Shown here: one piece after another, positions 26,899 through 36,668 of the stretch
Layout: every line of letters begins with the position of its first letter
Position numbering within the stretch: position 1 is the stretch's first letter
Source of the DNA: a virus
Taxonomy: Duplodnaviria > Caudoviricetes
Direction: 5' to 3' (one strand)
DNA: 64,000 nucleotides
IMG/VR virus record: IMGVR_UViG_3300020047_016550
Span: 1 to 64,000 of that record
Translations under genes and position numbers: made by a program
The notes under the pieces: generated by a model
Told to the model about the DNA's origin: nothing
Seen by the model: the letters and a program-made list of their open reading frames with translations, nothing else
The model's database searches: none

Positions 26899-28545
26899 AT
26901 GAAAAAACCAAGAGATTATCAGATTGAAGGCGTTGTAGCTTCGGAAGCTGCATTAAAAAGAGGCGTAGACAGACAGCTTATAGTTTACGCAACCGGATTG
27001 GGAAAGACATTTACGGCCGTTACCATTGCAAAAAAAATGAAAAGAATGCTATGGCTGACACACCGTGAAGAATTGATAGGACAGTCGGCCCTTTCTTTTG
27101 CTTATGACATATTTGAATATGAAAAAGCAAACATCATAAGCGACGAAGGAATCATTCCTCTGCTTAAAAGAATCAAAAAACAAAAGTTGGACCAGCCTTC
27201 CATTTTTAATCCCGATGCCAATTTTTATTACGAAATAAAAAGAAACATCGGAATCATAAAAGAAGAAAACTTTGATATTGACGCAAAATACGTTTTTGCT
27301 TCGGTACAGACTCTTTACAACAGGCTTGAATTAATATCCCCGGATCATTTTGACGGAATAATCATTGACGAAGCACACCTTTCAATGGCCGAAACATGGA
27401 AAGCGTGCGTTGAACATTTTAAGTTCAGGATTCTTATCGGACTTACCGCTACACCGAAAAGGCTTGACGGATTGCCGTTGACCCATATTTTTAAAGAAGT
27501 GGTTATTGAAAAAGACATTCTTTTCGGAATAAAAAACGGATGGCTTGTTCCCATAAAAGCGGTAAGGGTTAAAACAAAACTGAATATTTCAAAAGTTTCT
27601 TCAACCGGAGGTGATTTCAATACCAAAGACCTTGAAATAATTAACTGCCGGGAAAGAAATGAACTTATTGTTGAGTCTTACATAAAAGAAGCAAAAGGTT
27701 TAAAAGCTATTTTATTTTGTTCCAGCGTGCGTCATGCAATTGATTTATGCGAAGTTTTTTTGGAATACGGAATAACAGCTTCATTTGTGTGTGCTGATAA
27801 GAATATATGTCCGGACAGAAAACAACGTCTTGCAAAGCATAAAAAAGGCGAAATTGATGTAATGCTGAACGTTGACATTCTTACTGCCGGATACGACGAT
27901 CCGACAATAAAAGTAATCGGTCACGCAAGCCCAACACAAAGTCTTGTGGCATACCTTCAGAGAACCGGAAGGGGGACAAGGCCGTTACCGGGACTTGTGG
28001 ACGGACTGGACAGTGCCAAAGACCGTATTGCCGCAATCCTGAATTCCGAAAAACCGGAAATGATTCTTTTGGATTTTGTCGACATAACGACAAAACACAA
28101 CCTGGTTAACAGTTTTACCCTTGATGAAGGGAAAGAAATAGAAGATCTTGTTTTCGTAACAAATGAAGAACGTCAAAAGCTCGAAGAAGAACGTATACGC
28201 CAGCTTGAAGCAGTTACGGAAGAAACTGAATATGTTGATCTGTTAAAACTTCCAAAACATAATTCCCTTCAGTTTGCTTCAGATAAAATGAGAGAACCGG
28301 CCACTCCCGGCCAGCTTGATTTTTTACGGAAACTCGGTGTTTACCAAGATGGGGTATTTTATACAAAAGGCCAATGTACTGAACTTATTTCAAGCGCCCA
28401 GGCAAGTGCGGCCCACAAAGAACTCTTACGTAAAAACGGTTATGACATATCCATGGGATGCACCATTGCACAGGCAAATGCCGCGCTTTTGGAATTAAGG
28501 AGCAAAGAAATGAAAATGAGCACTTCGTTTAAAGGCCTTATGTAA
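26899..28545 (+). CDS. SF2 DEAH helicase (ResIII/YejH/UvsW-like)
   Basis: ATGLGKT, IIIDEAH, GLTATP, LTAGYD, QRTGRG. Confidence 0.92.
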   Translation: MKKPRDYQIEGVVASEAALKRGVDRQLIVYATGLGKTFTAVTIAKKMKRMLWLTHREELIGQSALSFAYDIFEYEKANIISDEGIIPLLKRIKKQKLDQPSIFNPDANFYYEIKRNIGIIKEENFDIDAKYVFASVQTLYNRLELISPDHFDGIIIDEAHLSMAETWKACVEHFKFRILIGLTATPKRLDGLPLTHIFKEVVIEKDILFGIKNGWLVPIKAVRVKTKLNISKVSSTGGDFNTKDLEIINCRERNELIVESYIKEAKGLKAILFCSSVRHAIDLCEVFLEYGITASFVCADKNICPDRKQRLAKHKKGEIDVMLNVDILTAGYDDPTIKVIGHASPTQSLVAYLQRTGRGTRPLPGLVDGLDSAKDRIAAILNSEKPEMILLDFVDITTKHNLVNSFTLDEGKEIEDLVFVTNEERQKLEEERIRQLEAVTEETEYVDLLKLPKHNSLQFASDKMREPATPGQLDFLRKLGVYQDGVFYTKGQCTELISSAQASAAHKELLRKNGYDISMGCTIAQANAALLELRSKEMKMSTSFKGLM

Positions 28546-28575
28546 TTCGCGGTATTTTATAGTTTTTAAAAATCT

Positions 28576-29160
28576 ATGAATTTCACAAGTAAAAAAGATA
28601 CCAAAATGCCCAAAGGATTCAGTTACATAAACCACGAAAAAAGGTCCCGTTTAAAATTAACGGTCAATGAGTACATTTTTGCCGACTATCTGGAACAGTG
28701 TTTAAAAACGGATATCAAAATAAACACGGAAAGCCTTGTTAAAATGATGGGGCCGGACGTAATTGAAAAACCCGTTGAAACACTTGATTCCTTAAAATTT
28801 AAAGGAATAATCAATTACACAAAAATCAACGGAATTTTTAATGTTGAAATGACAAACGTATGGGGCCTTGTTTCCAAAAAAGACGAGCTGTTTGAAAAAA
28901 TATGGAAAATTCTCCGTAATAAAGGAACCAAAGAGAAAGCGCGGAAAAATTTCGTAAAAACGATCCGTGTGGTTCCTTATGAAACACTTGAAAAAGCTGC
29001 TTTAAAACTTGTCAGTGAAACCCCGGACGTGACATTCCAGATGTCCGGACATAATTTTCTTGATCCATCGATTAAAGCCTGGGAAGACATACTTGCAAAA
29101 AAAGCCGAAGAACCGGTAAATAAAATTGCAGTTCCGGACGGCAGAAAGGAGACCCGATGA
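28576..29160 (+). CDS. Putative replication initiator (N-terminal HTH-like)
   Basis: Coupled to dnaB as in O/P-type modules. Positional inference. Confidence 0.45.
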   Translation: MNFTSKKDTKMPKGFSYINHEKRSRLKLTVNEYIFADYLEQCLKTDIKINTESLVKMMGPDVIEKPVETLDSLKFKGIINYTKINGIFNVEMTNVWGLVSKKDELFEKIWKILRNKGTKEKARKNFVKTIRVVPYETLEKAALKLVSETPDVTFQMSGHNFLDPSIKAWEDILAKKAEEPVNKIAVPDGRKETR

Positions 29161-30539
29161 AAGAAAAAGAAATTTTGGGTAAAGTGCCTCCCAATGCGGT
29201 TGAAGTTGAAGAAGCCGTATTGGGAGCACTTCTTCTTGAAAAAGATTCATTTTTCATTGTTGACATGATATTAAACGAAGACTGTTTTTATAAAGAAGAA
29301 CACAAAATCGTTTATTCGGCAATAAAGGAACTGAACCAAAAAAATGAGCCTTGCGACATTCTTTCGGTAACAAATTTTTTGCGAAAAAAAGGGAAACTGA
29401 ATGACGTGGGCGGTGCATATTATATTGCATGGCTTACAAACAGGGTAGGTTCGGGTGTTAATATTGAATATCATTCAAAGATAGTCAAAGAACAATGGAT
29501 CAAACGGGAACTCATAAATATCGGTTCGCGTTTAATGATGGAAGCCTATGACAACCAGGTTGAAGCTTATGACATTCTTGATAAAGCAGGTTATTATCTG
29601 TCAAAAATTGAAACAGGACAAAATTCTTCCAGTTTAAAAACTGCCGCGCAGCTTTCAAAAGAAGTCTGGGATTATTCAATAAAAGTAGCGGCCGGTGAAG
29701 ATATGGGAGGTATTTATTCCGGGATAGAGTCAATAGACAAAATTACGGGAAAATGGCTTCCCGGAGACCTTGTTTTAATAGGCGGACGTCCTTCAATGGG
29801 AAAAACCATGACAATGATGAACATTGTTATGAGTAATGCCATAGAAAAAAGAAAAGGCCTTGTTATTTCCATTGAAATGAAAGACCTTAAATTGGGGATT
29901 CGTCTTGCTGCTTCACTTGCCGAAATTGATTCCGAAAAAATCAAAAACGGAACGATGACTACCGAAGAACGGAAAGCTTTTGACAAAGCAATCGGTTATA
30001 TGGAACAAATGCCTATTTTAATTGAGGATTCCATTACCGATATCAACAAAATCAAAAGTCTTGTCCGGAAAGTCAAAAGAAAAAATCCCGATCTGGAATA
30101 CGTAATGATTGATTACGTACAAAAAGCAACCGGTAAAAATCCTGAAATAAGCAATCCGAGCAGGGAACAGCAGATATCGTATATCAGCGGGCTTTGTAAA
30201 ACAATCGCAAAAGAAGAAAAAGTCGTTGTGGTATTGCTTAGCCAGTTATCGAGAATTGACGGAAAAACAAAAGATTTTGATTCCAAAAAACCTGATCTTT
30301 CGGATTTACGTGAATCCGGAAGTCTTGAACAGGATGCGGATATTGTACTTTTCCCGTTCAGGCCGGCGTATTACCGAGAATATGAAGGAGCAAACGGAGA
30401 AGATATTACGGACGATATCTGGTTTCTTATCCGTAAAAACCGGGACGGTTCTATCGGTGACGGCGTTTCAAAATGTAACCTGAGAACACAAAAAATTATT
30501 TCAACACAACTTTACAATTCACAAACAGAGTTATTTTAA
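29157..30539 (+). CDS. dnaB: Replicative helicase DnaB
   Basis: PPNAVEVEEAVLG, GRPSMGKT, ISIEM, MIDYVQ, LSQLSR, LRESGSLEQDAD, KNRDG. Confidence 0.95.
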   Translation: MKEKEILGKVPPNAVEVEEAVLGALLLEKDSFFIVDMILNEDCFYKEEHKIVYSAIKELNQKNEPCDILSVTNFLRKKGKLNDVGGAYYIAWLTNRVGSGVNIEYHSKIVKEQWIKRELINIGSRLMMEAYDNQVEAYDILDKAGYYLSKIETGQNSSSLKTAAQLSKEVWDYSIKVAAGEDMGGIYSGIESIDKITGKWLPGDLVLIGGRPSMGKTMTMMNIVMSNAIEKRKGLVISIEMKDLKLGIRLAASLAEIDSEKIKNGTMTTEERKAFDKAIGYMEQMPILIEDSITDINKIKSLVRKVKRKNPDLEYVMIDYVQKATGKNPEISNPSREQQISYISGLCKTIAKEEKVVVVLLSQLSRIDGKTKDFDSKKPDLSDLRESGSLEQDADIVLFPFRPAYYREYEGANGEDITDDIWFLIRKNRDGSIGDGVSKCNLRTQKIISTQLYNSQTELF

Positions 30540-30541
30540 TC

Positions 30542-31516
30542 ATGAACATTACAGTAAGATCAAAAGCGCAGATTGAACAGGATTTTTCCGGGTTCAAAAA
30601 ATTGATTGAGGATTACAATGCCAAAATATCAAAAATTGAAGTAAAAGACGATGTTTCCGAAACGGAGCTTTCGTTAATGCTGAAATCGTTAAACGATTTG
30701 GATAAACAGATCGACGACAAACGCAAAGAACTTAACAGTCCTTTCCAAGAACAAATTACGCTGCATAACGACGTGGCAAAGTTTGTAATGGGATTGACGC
30801 CCCAGGTATTAACCGAAGGCCGTAAAAAGCTTGCGGATTACCGTATCCGCAAGGAAGAAGAAAATAAACGGAAAGCCGAAGAGCTTAAGAAAAAAGCCGA
30901 AGAACAGAAAAAAACAATCAATGCCGACGAGGCTGAACAGAATGTTTTAAAAATCAGGCTTCTTGAGCACGCAAAAAGCACTATTCTTAAAATTGCCGAA
31001 ACCGAAACATACGAGCAGTTGAATTCCGTTTTTGATACTGAATTTCGTAAATACGGCTGGGACGAATTTAAATCGGTGGAAAAATCGGTGGAAAAAACAA
31101 AAGAAATCATCAAGAATGCTGCTTCAAGCCGGAAAGTGTTTGTAATGATTGAAGAGCCGAACGAACAGCAGCTCAAAGACGCACAAACTGTTTTAAGCCA
31201 GATTTTCAAAACCAAAACGGACATTGAAGGTTTAATCAAAAAATTGTCCGAAAAAACGGCTAAAACCGTTGAAAAAATGGAAGAAGTTGCCGTTGCGACA
31301 ATTGAAGCCAACAAGTTAACCAAAGCTTCAACCGGTTTAAGAAAAACCTGGACTTTTGATGTTTTGGACATCAGTAAAATTCCCATTGAATATCTTCAGG
31401 TAAACGAAAAAGCAATTAAGAATTACATTGCCAAAAATCTTCAGGGTACCAAAAAAGAAGAAGATGTTTCAATCGAAGGAATCCGTTTCTACAAAAAAGC
31501 AAGTGCAACACTTTAG
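30542..31516 (+). CDS. Coiled-coil phage protein (Gp157-like C-terminus)
   Basis: Long helices and WTFDVLDISKIPIEYLQVNEKAI...IEGIRFY. Confidence 0.55.
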   Translation: MNITVRSKAQIEQDFSGFKKLIEDYNAKISKIEVKDDVSETELSLMLKSLNDLDKQIDDKRKELNSPFQEQITLHNDVAKFVMGLTPQVLTEGRKKLADYRIRKEEENKRKAEELKKKAEEQKKTINADEAEQNVLKIRLLEHAKSTILKIAETETYEQLNSVFDTEFRKYGWDEFKSVEKSVEKTKEIIKNAASSRKVFVMIEEPNEQQLKDAQTVLSQIFKTKTDIEGLIKKLSEKTAKTVEKMEEVAVATIEANKLTKASTGLRKTWTFDVLDISKIPIEYLQVNEKAIKNYIAKNLQGTKKEEDVSIEGIRFYKKASATL

Positions 31517-31555
31517 AAAAAGCCCGAAAGGGCTTTTTTCTTTGATTAAATCATC

Positions 31556-31783
31556 ATGAAAATAAATTCTGTAAAAGACCTGGCAAATATGGCAGCCGAA
31601 GTTTCCGGAATTAAAGACGTAAATCCGGAATCACTCATTAAGCGCTTTTTTAAATTTACGGAAACGCAGACCAGAATGAACAGAAGTCCAAACTGGTCCT
31701 TTGTGCGTTTTATAAAAATCAGACCAAAAAAGACAAAAAGAAAAAAAAAGACGGGTCATTTAAAAAATAGTTTCAAAATCTAA
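31556..31783 (+). CDS. Small basic hypothetical protein
   Basis: 75 aa after a GAAA-loop hairpin. Confidence 0.5.
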   Translation: MKINSVKDLANMAAEVSGIKDVNPESLIKRFFKFTETQTRMNRSPNWSFVRFIKIRPKKTKRKKKTGHLKNSFKI

Positions 31784-31808
31784 AAAAACGTTGTATGTTT
31801 GTGCAACA
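31781..31808 (+). promoter_or_regulatory. Promoter/operator identical to 26862-26889
   Basis: 28-bp exact repeat TAAAAAAACGTTGTATGTTTGTGCAACA. Confidence 0.75.
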
Positions 31809-31829
31809 AATTTTAATAAAGTATAAAGT

Positions 31830-32513
31830 ATGAAAGCAAAGTCAACAGGAAACGGAGAAGGTAATTATGCTATGCCCACACCAGGTTCACAACAAGCAAT
31901 TTTAACTCAGGTAATCGATCTTGGAACACAAAAAGAAGATTTCAAAGGTGAAGAAAAATTAATCCATAAAGTGAGAATCGGATTTGAGCTTACCGACGAA
32001 TTTTATGAAAAAGGAGAGAACAAAGAGAAAGTGCCTTTTACCGTATCAAGGGATTTCACTTTTTCAACTTCAAGCAAGGCCCATTTACGAGCTTTCATTG
32101 AAGGTGCGATTGCCAGAAAAATTACCGCCGAAGAAGAAGAAGAAGGATTTGATCTTTTTACGCTTTTGCCGGGAAAAAACAAATCGGGCAATTTTATCAT
32201 CAACCTTTCAATCAACAAAAGCACAAAAGGGAAAGATTATGTGTTTATTAACAGCATAAGCCCTTTAATGAAAGGACAGGTTGAGAAAAAGCCAAAAACG
32301 GCATTGGTAAAATTTGATTTCACCAGTGATGAACCGACCGGCCGCTACCGTGATTCTTCCCACGACGTAACCGGACACATTGAAACATTCGAAGTTCTTC
32401 CAGAATACGTACAAAAGAAAATTAAAGCTTCCATGGAATACTCTTCAGTGTTTCTTAAAAAAGATACTGAAGACGGAATTTCCGAAGAGCAAAGTGATGA
32501 TGTACCGTTTTAA
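31830..32513 (+). CDS. Phage SSB-like protein
   Basis: VIDLGTQ, S.KAHLRAFIEG, and acidic C-terminal DDVPF tail typical of SSBs. Confidence 0.65.
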   Translation: MKAKSTGNGEGNYAMPTPGSQQAILTQVIDLGTQKEDFKGEEKLIHKVRIGFELTDEFYEKGENKEKVPFTVSRDFTFSTSSKAHLRAFIEGAIARKITAEEEEEGFDLFTLLPGKNKSGNFIINLSINKSTKGKDYVFINSISPLMKGQVEKKPKTALVKFDFTSDEPTGRYRDSSHDVTGHIETFEVLPEYVQKKIKASMEYSSVFLKKDTEDGISEEQSDDVPF

Positions 32514-32550
32514 CACAAAGGGCGAAAGCCCTTTTTTTTCTTTTTAAAAT

Positions 32551-33036
32551 ATGAAAGTAAAAGCAAAAAACGTAAGTCCCGCAAAAATCATTTCCTGGGA
32601 TCCCGGAAATTATACGGTTCTGATTAAAAACATGCAGTTGGCCAGGACAAAATACGGCCAGCCGATAATGACTAAAAACCAGGAACCAAAAATTGAAGTC
32701 ATTTTTAAATGCATAAACACCAAGAAAGAGATTTCTTATTTCTTTTTTGATACGGAAAAATCAAAATGGATAATCAAAAAACTTTGTAAAGCCGTTGGTA
32801 TTCCCGAAACAAAAACCATTGATGTTTCACTTTTTGTCAAAAAGCCCGTTGTTATTTCAGTGCGTCATTGTAAATACAGTGAAGACGGAGAAACAGTTTT
32901 GCATGATTCACTCGGTAATGAAATCATAACCGTTGAAGTATTTGACTTTATGAATGTGGAAGGTGCTCCTTCCCAGCTTGAAGAAGACAAGTTTATCTTT
33001 TACAGAAGTGCCGCGGAATTAAAATGGAACCAGTGA
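32551..33036 (+). CDS. DUF669-like protein
   Basis: PGNYTVLIK...W.IKKLCKAVGI...KPVVISVRH pattern. Confidence 0.5.
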   Translation: MKVKAKNVSPAKIISWDPGNYTVLIKNMQLARTKYGQPIMTKNQEPKIEVIFKCINTKKEISYFFFDTEKSKWIIKKLCKAVGIPETKTIDVSLFVKKPVVISVRHCKYSEDGETVLHDSLGNEIITVEVFDFMNVEGAPSQLEEDKFIFYRSAAELKWNQ

Positions 33037-33037
33037 T

Positions 33038-33505
33038 ATGGAAGATACGATTAATTTTTACGGCACCGTAATCAACGGTAAACTGATGCATTATAAACCG
33101 AATTTATTCCATAAGCATTTAATGTCGCTTGACGGAAAAGAATTCCAGCTCAGGGTTGTCCAGAGAGAAGAACCGACTACGGTTAACCAGCACGCTTATT
33201 ACAGGTACGGCATCATAAAACAGACCTGCATGAAAACAGAAATTTTCGGAGGCTGGAAAGAAAATGAAATTCATGATTTTTTTGTTGACAGGTTTTTGAG
33301 TGTGGAAGTAATAAAAGAAATTGACGACGAACAGGTAATATTCAAGAAGAAAAAAAGCACATCAAACCTGAGTAAAAAAGCATTTGCGCAATTTATAAAC
33401 GATGTGAATGAGTTTTTGGCCCAGTATGACATTTATCCTTTATTGCCGGAAGAATACCACTCCGAAAAACATAGAGGAAATGAATCTGAACAAAGAAAAA
33501 CTTAA
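33038..33505 (+). CDS. NinB-like recombination protein
   Basis: TVNQHAYYRYGII...EIHDFF...STSNLSKKAFAQFIN. Confidence 0.6.
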   Translation: MEDTINFYGTVINGKLMHYKPNLFHKHLMSLDGKEFQLRVVQREEPTTVNQHAYYRYGIIKQTCMKTEIFGGWKENEIHDFFVDRFLSVEVIKEIDDEQVIFKKKKSTSNLSKKAFAQFINDVNEFLAQYDIYPLLPEEYHSEKHRGNESEQRKT

Positions 33506-33881
33506 AACAAATCCCGTAAGCGTTCTGGTACAGGACGATTTACTGAGAAACGAAGTTAAATTCAGGCTGGATAACAGCGGATATTCAATGTCCGCAATAT
33601 GCCAAAGATTGAGGGAAGCCGGTGTTGCCATAGACAAAACCCGGCTTTCCAGATATCTTTCGCTGACAGGTGAAAAAAACGGGCTTACCGATGAAATACT
33701 CATAGCGCTATGTAAGTTTTTGGGCATATCCATAGAGCTCAAAGTAAAATATACCGGAAGAACGGAAAAAGAAAACATTAAAGAACTTTTAATTTACATC
33801 AATGGCCTTAAAGAAATCAGAAAAGAAAAGCCGAAAAGACAGGCCGAAAGTCCTATTTTTGACCCAGACGCCGACTTTTAA
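33480..33881 (+). CDS. XRE-like HTH DNA-binding protein
   Basis: SMSAICQRL...IDKTRLSRYL...ILIALCKFLGI. Confidence 0.55.
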   Translation: MNLNKEKLKTNPVSVLVQDDLLRNEVKFRLDNSGYSMSAICQRLREAGVAIDKTRLSRYLSLTGEKNGLTDEILIALCKFLGISIELKVKYTGRTEKENIKELLIYINGLKEIRKEKPKRQAESPIFDPDADF

Positions 33882-34350
33882 GGAAGTAAAAAAACTGAAG
33901 GTTGAGAATGCTGTTTTTATTCCGGGAGACGTAATTTCTTCAAAAAACTCAAAAGTTAATATACGGATCAAAAACAGCAAGTTTAATCCTTCAATAATGA
34001 GCCCGGCCGCAACCAGGTATTTAAAAGTATCAAAAAACGACTGGGAAAACATGGCAATGGTTTTCAGGCATAAAGTAAGACTTCTTCAGGACAGTTTTCC
34101 GCTTTTCCTACAGTTCATTTTTGTAAGACAGGAAAAAAGGCTTTTTGATTATCACAACATGGTTCAATTTCCGGTAGACATCATGCAGAAATTTGGATGG
34201 ATTAATGATGATGATATAAGCCAAATTATAATTATCCCTTACCACACTGTTTTTTTAAACCGTGAAAAACCGGGTATGTACATAAAAGTACTTACCAAAG
34301 AAGAAATAGAAATATTCAAAATAATAGGAGACGTACAGTATGATGAATAG
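33802..34350 (+). CDS. RusA-like Holliday junction resolvase
   Basis: IPGDVISSKNS and FDYHNMVQFPVDIMQKFGWINDDD. Confidence 0.65.
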   Translation: MALKKSEKKSRKDRPKVLFLTQTPTFKEVKKLKVENAVFIPGDVISSKNSKVNIRIKNSKFNPSIMSPAATRYLKVSKNDWENMAMVFRHKVRLLQDSFPLFLQFIFVRQEKRLFDYHNMVQFPVDIMQKFGWINDDDISQIIIIPYHTVFLNREKPGMYIKVLTKEEIEIFKIIGDVQYDE

Positions 34351-35407
34351 AAAATATCTGTTTTCCCGTGGTTTTTTATATTTTAAGGACCAATCCGGAA
34401 AAGAATACAGAAGTATAGAATTGTCCATGCCCCATTTTCCTGAAAACATTCTTAACAATGACAGGATGTTTATAAAAAAAGCCCTTTCAAATTTTTCGGA
34501 CACACAAATTTCAAAACTGCAGGTAACTTCTTACGGTCTTCCAAAAATATTCAGGAAAGAACTCTCTGAACCTTTTTTTGAAAGCAACATTACAATCAAA
34601 GAATGGTTTGAATTGGGACTTCTCTTTTCCGCAGACAAAGAAAAACTTTATAAGGACGTGAATAATTTCACCAAAAATGTTGTGTTTGAAGACAAGCATA
34701 TCACATGGAAACCGATTCTTGAAAAACTTTTTGTTTTGCCGGAAGTAAAAAAATATCTTGAATTCGTGAAAGAAGAACGAAAATCAAAAAACATATTTCC
34801 TTCCGAAAAAGAAATGTTCAATGCTTTTAAGTTTACGCAGTTTAATGCGGTAAACGTGGTAATCGTGGGCCAGGATCCTTATCCTACCGCCGGACATGCA
34901 CACGGACTTTCTTTTAGTTGTTTAAAAGGGATTCCGGCTTCGCTGAAAAATATATATACCGAAATTACTTTCGAACTATACAATACAAAAAACTTCAGTG
35001 ATTATTTTGCCGACGGGAACCTTATACCCTGGGCCGAACAGGGAGTATTGCTTTTGAACACTGTTTTGAGCGTCGAAGAAGGAAAACCGGAAAGTCATGT
35101 AAAAAAAGGATGTGAAGTGTTGACATCAAACATAATTAAAAAACTTTCCGAAGAAAGAAAAAACATAGTGTTTATGTTATGGGGATCAAAAGCACAATCT
35201 TTCATTCCGTTAATCGACACAAAAAAACACCTTGTCCTTAAATCGGGCCATCCTTCACCAATGTCCGCAAACAAAGGTTTGTGGTTTGACAACAAACATT
35301 TTGTACTGGCCAATGATTATTTTATAAAAAACGAAAAACCTATCATAAAGTGGACGGGTGAAAAAATTGAAAGAAAATCCCTAACCATTGAAACAGATGA
35401 TTTTTAA
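34340..35407 (+). CDS. ung: Uracil-DNA glycosylase family 1 with N-terminal extension
   Basis: GQDPY, HGLSFS, GVLLLN, FMLWG, HPSP. Confidence 0.93.
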   Translation: MMNRKYLFSRGFLYFKDQSGKEYRSIELSMPHFPENILNNDRMFIKKALSNFSDTQISKLQVTSYGLPKIFRKELSEPFFESNITIKEWFELGLLFSADKEKLYKDVNNFTKNVVFEDKHITWKPILEKLFVLPEVKKYLEFVKEERKSKNIFPSEKEMFNAFKFTQFNAVNVVIVGQDPYPTAGHAHGLSFSCLKGIPASLKNIYTEITFELYNTKNFSDYFADGNLIPWAEQGVLLLNTVLSVEEGKPESHVKKGCEVLTSNIIKKLSEERKNIVFMLWGSKAQSFIPLIDTKKHLVLKSGHPSPMSANKGLWFDNKHFVLANDYFIKNEKPIIKWTGEKIERKSLTIETDDF

Positions 35408-35422
35408 ACAAAAAACAAAGCA

Positions 35423-36388
35423 ATGAATACCGTACATTTATACACCAATCCGTACAGAAGATTGCCGGGAGAAGAAATCCCGGTAATGCTTTCAAAAGGA
35501 ACGATAAAACATTTTGTCGTTCCTTTTCATTTTAATGACAAAATCATTCCGTACAAAACGCGTTTCTTTCTGCATGAAAAAGAAACGGTATGTAAAGGGA
35601 GCGCCACGGTAACGGGGATTGAAGAAATTTTTATCAGGATATCTTTGGGAAATCTTATTGTTTATTACGAAAATGAACAGCCCTGGAGCCGGTACATGAC
35701 CAAAATGTTTATCCGGAATTGCGGTTTTCATTCTGATACCGAAATGATGAACTATTTAATATCCAGCCTTGGTGTCAATACCTCTACCGTAGGAAAACGT
35801 CTTAAACTGCTTTATTTTGGCAATTACGGGTATGATGAAAGGAATGTTATATGTCTTTCATGCGGAACGTTGAAGCATTCCCCGGCCGGAAGCTATATAA
35901 ATCCGGAAACATCAAACCTGATATGTGAAGACAATACGCTGGGTATATGTACCAAATGCATAGGAAAAACTTTTGCGGAATTCGGCTATTCGTTTTTGTT
36001 CCCGAAGAACAACATAAAAAACAGAAATGTTTTGATAAATAATGACATTTTTGAACGGATTTCAATGAGGATTCCGGTTGAGGCATTTTTCTATTACAAC
36101 ATTCCCCGTTCGCACCTGGGCAATTTCAGCATTTCAAAAATCCAGGATCCAAACAGGCCTAAAAATTCCATAACCATAAGAATTAAAAGGGTGATTACTG
36201 AAAAAAGACTTGCAGAAAGCGCAAAAAAAGACATGGTTGTGATAAGCAGGTACGGAACCATAAAGCTGAAAAAAAAACAGTTTTTGAAAAATATGGAAAG
36301 GATAAACGGCCAGACGGAAAATATTTATTCGGACCTTTTTTCAAGACAGTTTGTAAAAGGAAACATTAAATTTGAACATAAACAATGA
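35423..36388 (+). CDS. Hypothetical, possible ASCH-like N-terminus and Cys cluster
   Basis: FIRNCGFHSDTEMMNYL, CLSC, CTKC. Confidence 0.45.
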   Translation: MNTVHLYTNPYRRLPGEEIPVMLSKGTIKHFVVPFHFNDKIIPYKTRFFLHEKETVCKGSATVTGIEEIFIRISLGNLIVYYENEQPWSRYMTKMFIRNCGFHSDTEMMNYLISSLGVNTSTVGKRLKLLYFGNYGYDERNVICLSCGTLKHSPAGSYINPETSNLICEDNTLGICTKCIGKTFAEFGYSFLFPKNNIKNRNVLINNDIFERISMRIPVEAFFYYNIPRSHLGNFSISKIQDPNRPKNSITIRIKRVITEKRLAESAKKDMVVISRYGTIKLKKKQFLKNMERINGQTENIYSDLFSRQFVKGNIKFEHKQ

Positions 36389-36600
36389 AAACAACAAAGT
36401 GGATTAAACAAAAAGAAATTGAAATAAGTAACGAAATAGAATTATTGGAACAACAAATTCGTGAACGAAATATTAAAGAAACTGATTATGTAAATACTAT
36501 TTATATGCACAAATCAGGAAAAGAAAGCACTTTGACTATAGATCAAATGCTAAATATTTTAGTTGCGAAAAAAAGTTTACTTACTGAAATTTTACATTAA
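36385..36600 (+). CDS. Small hypothetical protein
   Basis: 71 aa, last rightward gene. Confidence 0.5.
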   Translation: MKTTKWIKQKEIEISNEIELLEQQIRERNIKETDYVNTIYMHKSGKESTLTIDQMLNILVAKKSLLTEILH

Positions 36601-36601
36601 C

Positions 36602-36626
36602 AAAAAAGCCCCGGTAAGGGGCTTTT
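36602..36626. terminator. Bidirectional terminator where the two units converge
   Basis: aaaagcccc-ggtaa-ggggctttt. Confidence 0.85.
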
Positions 36627-36668
36627 CTGTTACACCGATTGGGTATGCGTGAACTGGGATTACAAAGA

